From the IMG/VR virus record IMGVR_UViG_2548876941_000009: DNA of 7,178 nt. The stretch is one strand, 5' to 3'. How positions within the stretch are numbered: the stretch's first letter is position 1; every line of letters starts with the position of its first letter. Below the pieces are notes generated by a model, which saw only the letters and a program-made list of their open reading frames with translations, did not search any database and was not told the origin of the DNA. This document shows positions 6,055 through 7,178 of this stretch, in pieces. The position numbers and the translations under genes are program-made. Source of the stretch: a virus. Its lineage: Duplodnaviria > Heunggongvirae > Uroviricota > Caudoviricetes.

Positions 6055-6399
6055 ATGAGGCGTGGCTATCGAGAATGGCCGCATGGTTATTGCATTGCAC
6101 ACAGACCTCTTCAATCGCTCTGTAACGAGTTAAACGGCCTCTTCAGGTCAACTATAAGGTCAGGTACTTTTTTGTGCCAGAATGCGATTGAGAGCGTCCT
6201 ACAAGGAAAGCTAATGGTAAACCTCCCTGAACTGGGGTCACCTGATGTATGGGCTGGTGGAGGTATTGGACTGATTGCAGGTCTGCTACTCCGCTATTTC
6301 ATCGTCAGAGTGTTTATCGTGTTCAGATTGTTTGGTCGTGAATGGTCATTTGACCTCAAGGACAGGACCCGAACAGACAACCACACAGAACCCCGTTAA
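6055..6399 (+). CDS. Hypothetical protein (114 aa) with one hydrophobic, transmembrane-like segment; could instead be the 5' part of a non-coding transcript
   Basis: ATG at 6055 preceded by GGAG(AG) at about 8 nt and by the strong promoter at 6003-6032. Sequence has the hydrophobic stretch GGGIGLIAGLLLRYFIVRVFIVFRLF but odd composition (Cys/Trp/His/Arg-rich N-terminus). Confidence 0.4.
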   Translation: MRRGYREWPHGYCIAHRPLQSLCNELNGLFRSTIRSGTFLCQNAIESVLQGKLMVNLPELGSPDVWAGGGIGLIAGLLLRYFIVRVFIVFRLFGREWSFDLKDRTRTDNHTEPR

Positions 6400-6490
6400 A
6401 CTCCCTTCAAAACCCCTGTACGAGATGACAGATAGAAGTCTATGTTATAGGGGTATCTTTAGCATTTTGCGCTATCTATTAAAAAATAGC

Positions 6491-6520
6491 TTGACAGAAC
6501 CAGAAAGCTGCATCTATAAA
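6491..6520 (+). promoter_or_regulatory. Sigma70-like promoter
   Basis: TTGACA (6491-6496), 18-bp spacer, TATAAA (6515-6520), preceded by an A-tract (6480-6486). Confidence 0.35.
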
Positions 6521-6526
6521 GCATTC

Positions 6527-6900
6527 ACCTCTCTGACAGTGATTTCTAAAAGTTCTTATTTTTCAATTAGTTGTAATTAGCCAATATAATAGCTGTTCAG
6601 CTTCTTCACAGGGAAACTTCAGAGGCATTCTTAACCGTCCACTAAGTGGGAGAAGAGCGACATCCCAGAAAGGGAAGCTCCTTTCTAATTGGTATTGTTA
6701 CCAATCCCTAAACCGACTTCTTAACCCACCCTTACGTTATTCGTTCACAGTGTCGATAAGTGGTTTTGCCCTCTGTTTCTGTTATCATCGGGCTTACCTT
6801 GTCAGGGCTTTGAAATGTCCCTGTAACTCCCTCTTAACGGGAGAGAAAGAACATAGTGACCCCAAGCGAAGCGCCCCTCTAAAAAGATTTTTTAGCTATT
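6527..6900 (+). ncRNA. Candidate structured non-coding region of unknown class
   Basis: No plausible ORF beyond short peptides. Noticeably GC-richer by eye than the phage genes. Many local hairpins, for example AGAAAGG/CCTTTCT (6668-6687), ATTGGTA/TACCAAT (6689-6706), CCACT/AGTGG (6640-6650), CAGGG/CCCTG (6803-6823), CTCCC/GGGAG (6828-6844). Confidence 0.25.
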
Positions 6901-7081
6901 TTGTTTAAAGGCACATCAAACGATACATTTTGTTGATTTTGGTCAAAGACAAAAGCATTGACAAAATGGTAAGATTGTTCACATGACCTTACTTAACAGA
7001 CTTTTAAGAGCTTTTGAAACAGCCTGTTTAACAAGGTCACTACCTACGGTTCTTCGTTTCCCTTCTTTCTAGGTAGTCATC

Positions 7082-7135
7082 TGTTAAGTATCTTTTCAGA
7101 TATCTCTTTGTTAAGTATCTTTTCAGATATCTCTT
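7082..7135. repeat. Perfect tandem duplication of a 27-bp unit, TGTTAAGTATCTTTTCAGATATCTCTT, with palindromic core AGATATCT
   Basis: Units at 7082-7108 and 7109-7135 are identical. A partial third start, CTGTTAAG, follows at 7143-7150. Confidence 0.8.
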
Positions 7136-7178
7136 ACACTCACTGTTAAGATGTAACACACCTTCGGTATATCGTTAC

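Noticed and set aside
6200-6400. RNase P RNA or tmRNA
   Set aside because: AGGAAAG and ACAGAACCC-like strings occur but are too close together, are not mutually complementary as P4 requires, and other conserved blocks are missing. No tRNA-like 3' end for tmRNA.
6275-6580. 101-aa plus-strand ORF
   Set aside because: Overlaps the 6055-6399 ORF in a different frame, has no SD, and its translation is Ser/Cys-rich low complexity. More likely non-coding sequence.

Overview
This window looks like part of a tailed-phage or prophage genome, read almost entirely on the minus strand; all calls are from reading the sequence by eye, with no database search. From high to low coordinates: a promoter near 5970-5996 drives a tightly packed four-gene operon (112, 110, 92 and 128 aa), whose last product has a C-terminal helix-turn-helix resembling Mor/C-type phage late activators. 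Next come a 107-aa acidic protein with a coupled 25-codon hydrophobic ORF, then a promoter plus an ORF-free leader of about 290 nt ending in terminator hairpins. Structural genes follow: 234 aa, 70 aa, a 693-aa tail tape measure protein, and a further gene that runs off the window start. The most unusual feature is a 74-bp element present twice at 71/74 identity, flanking the tape measure gene in direct orientation. Right of 5920 a back-to-back divergent promoter pair faces a plus-strand region that looks GC-richer by eye and has few ORFs but many hairpins, ending in a perfect 27-bp tandem duplication. No rRNA, tRNA or CRISPR array was recognised, and no finding here is established as a new system.
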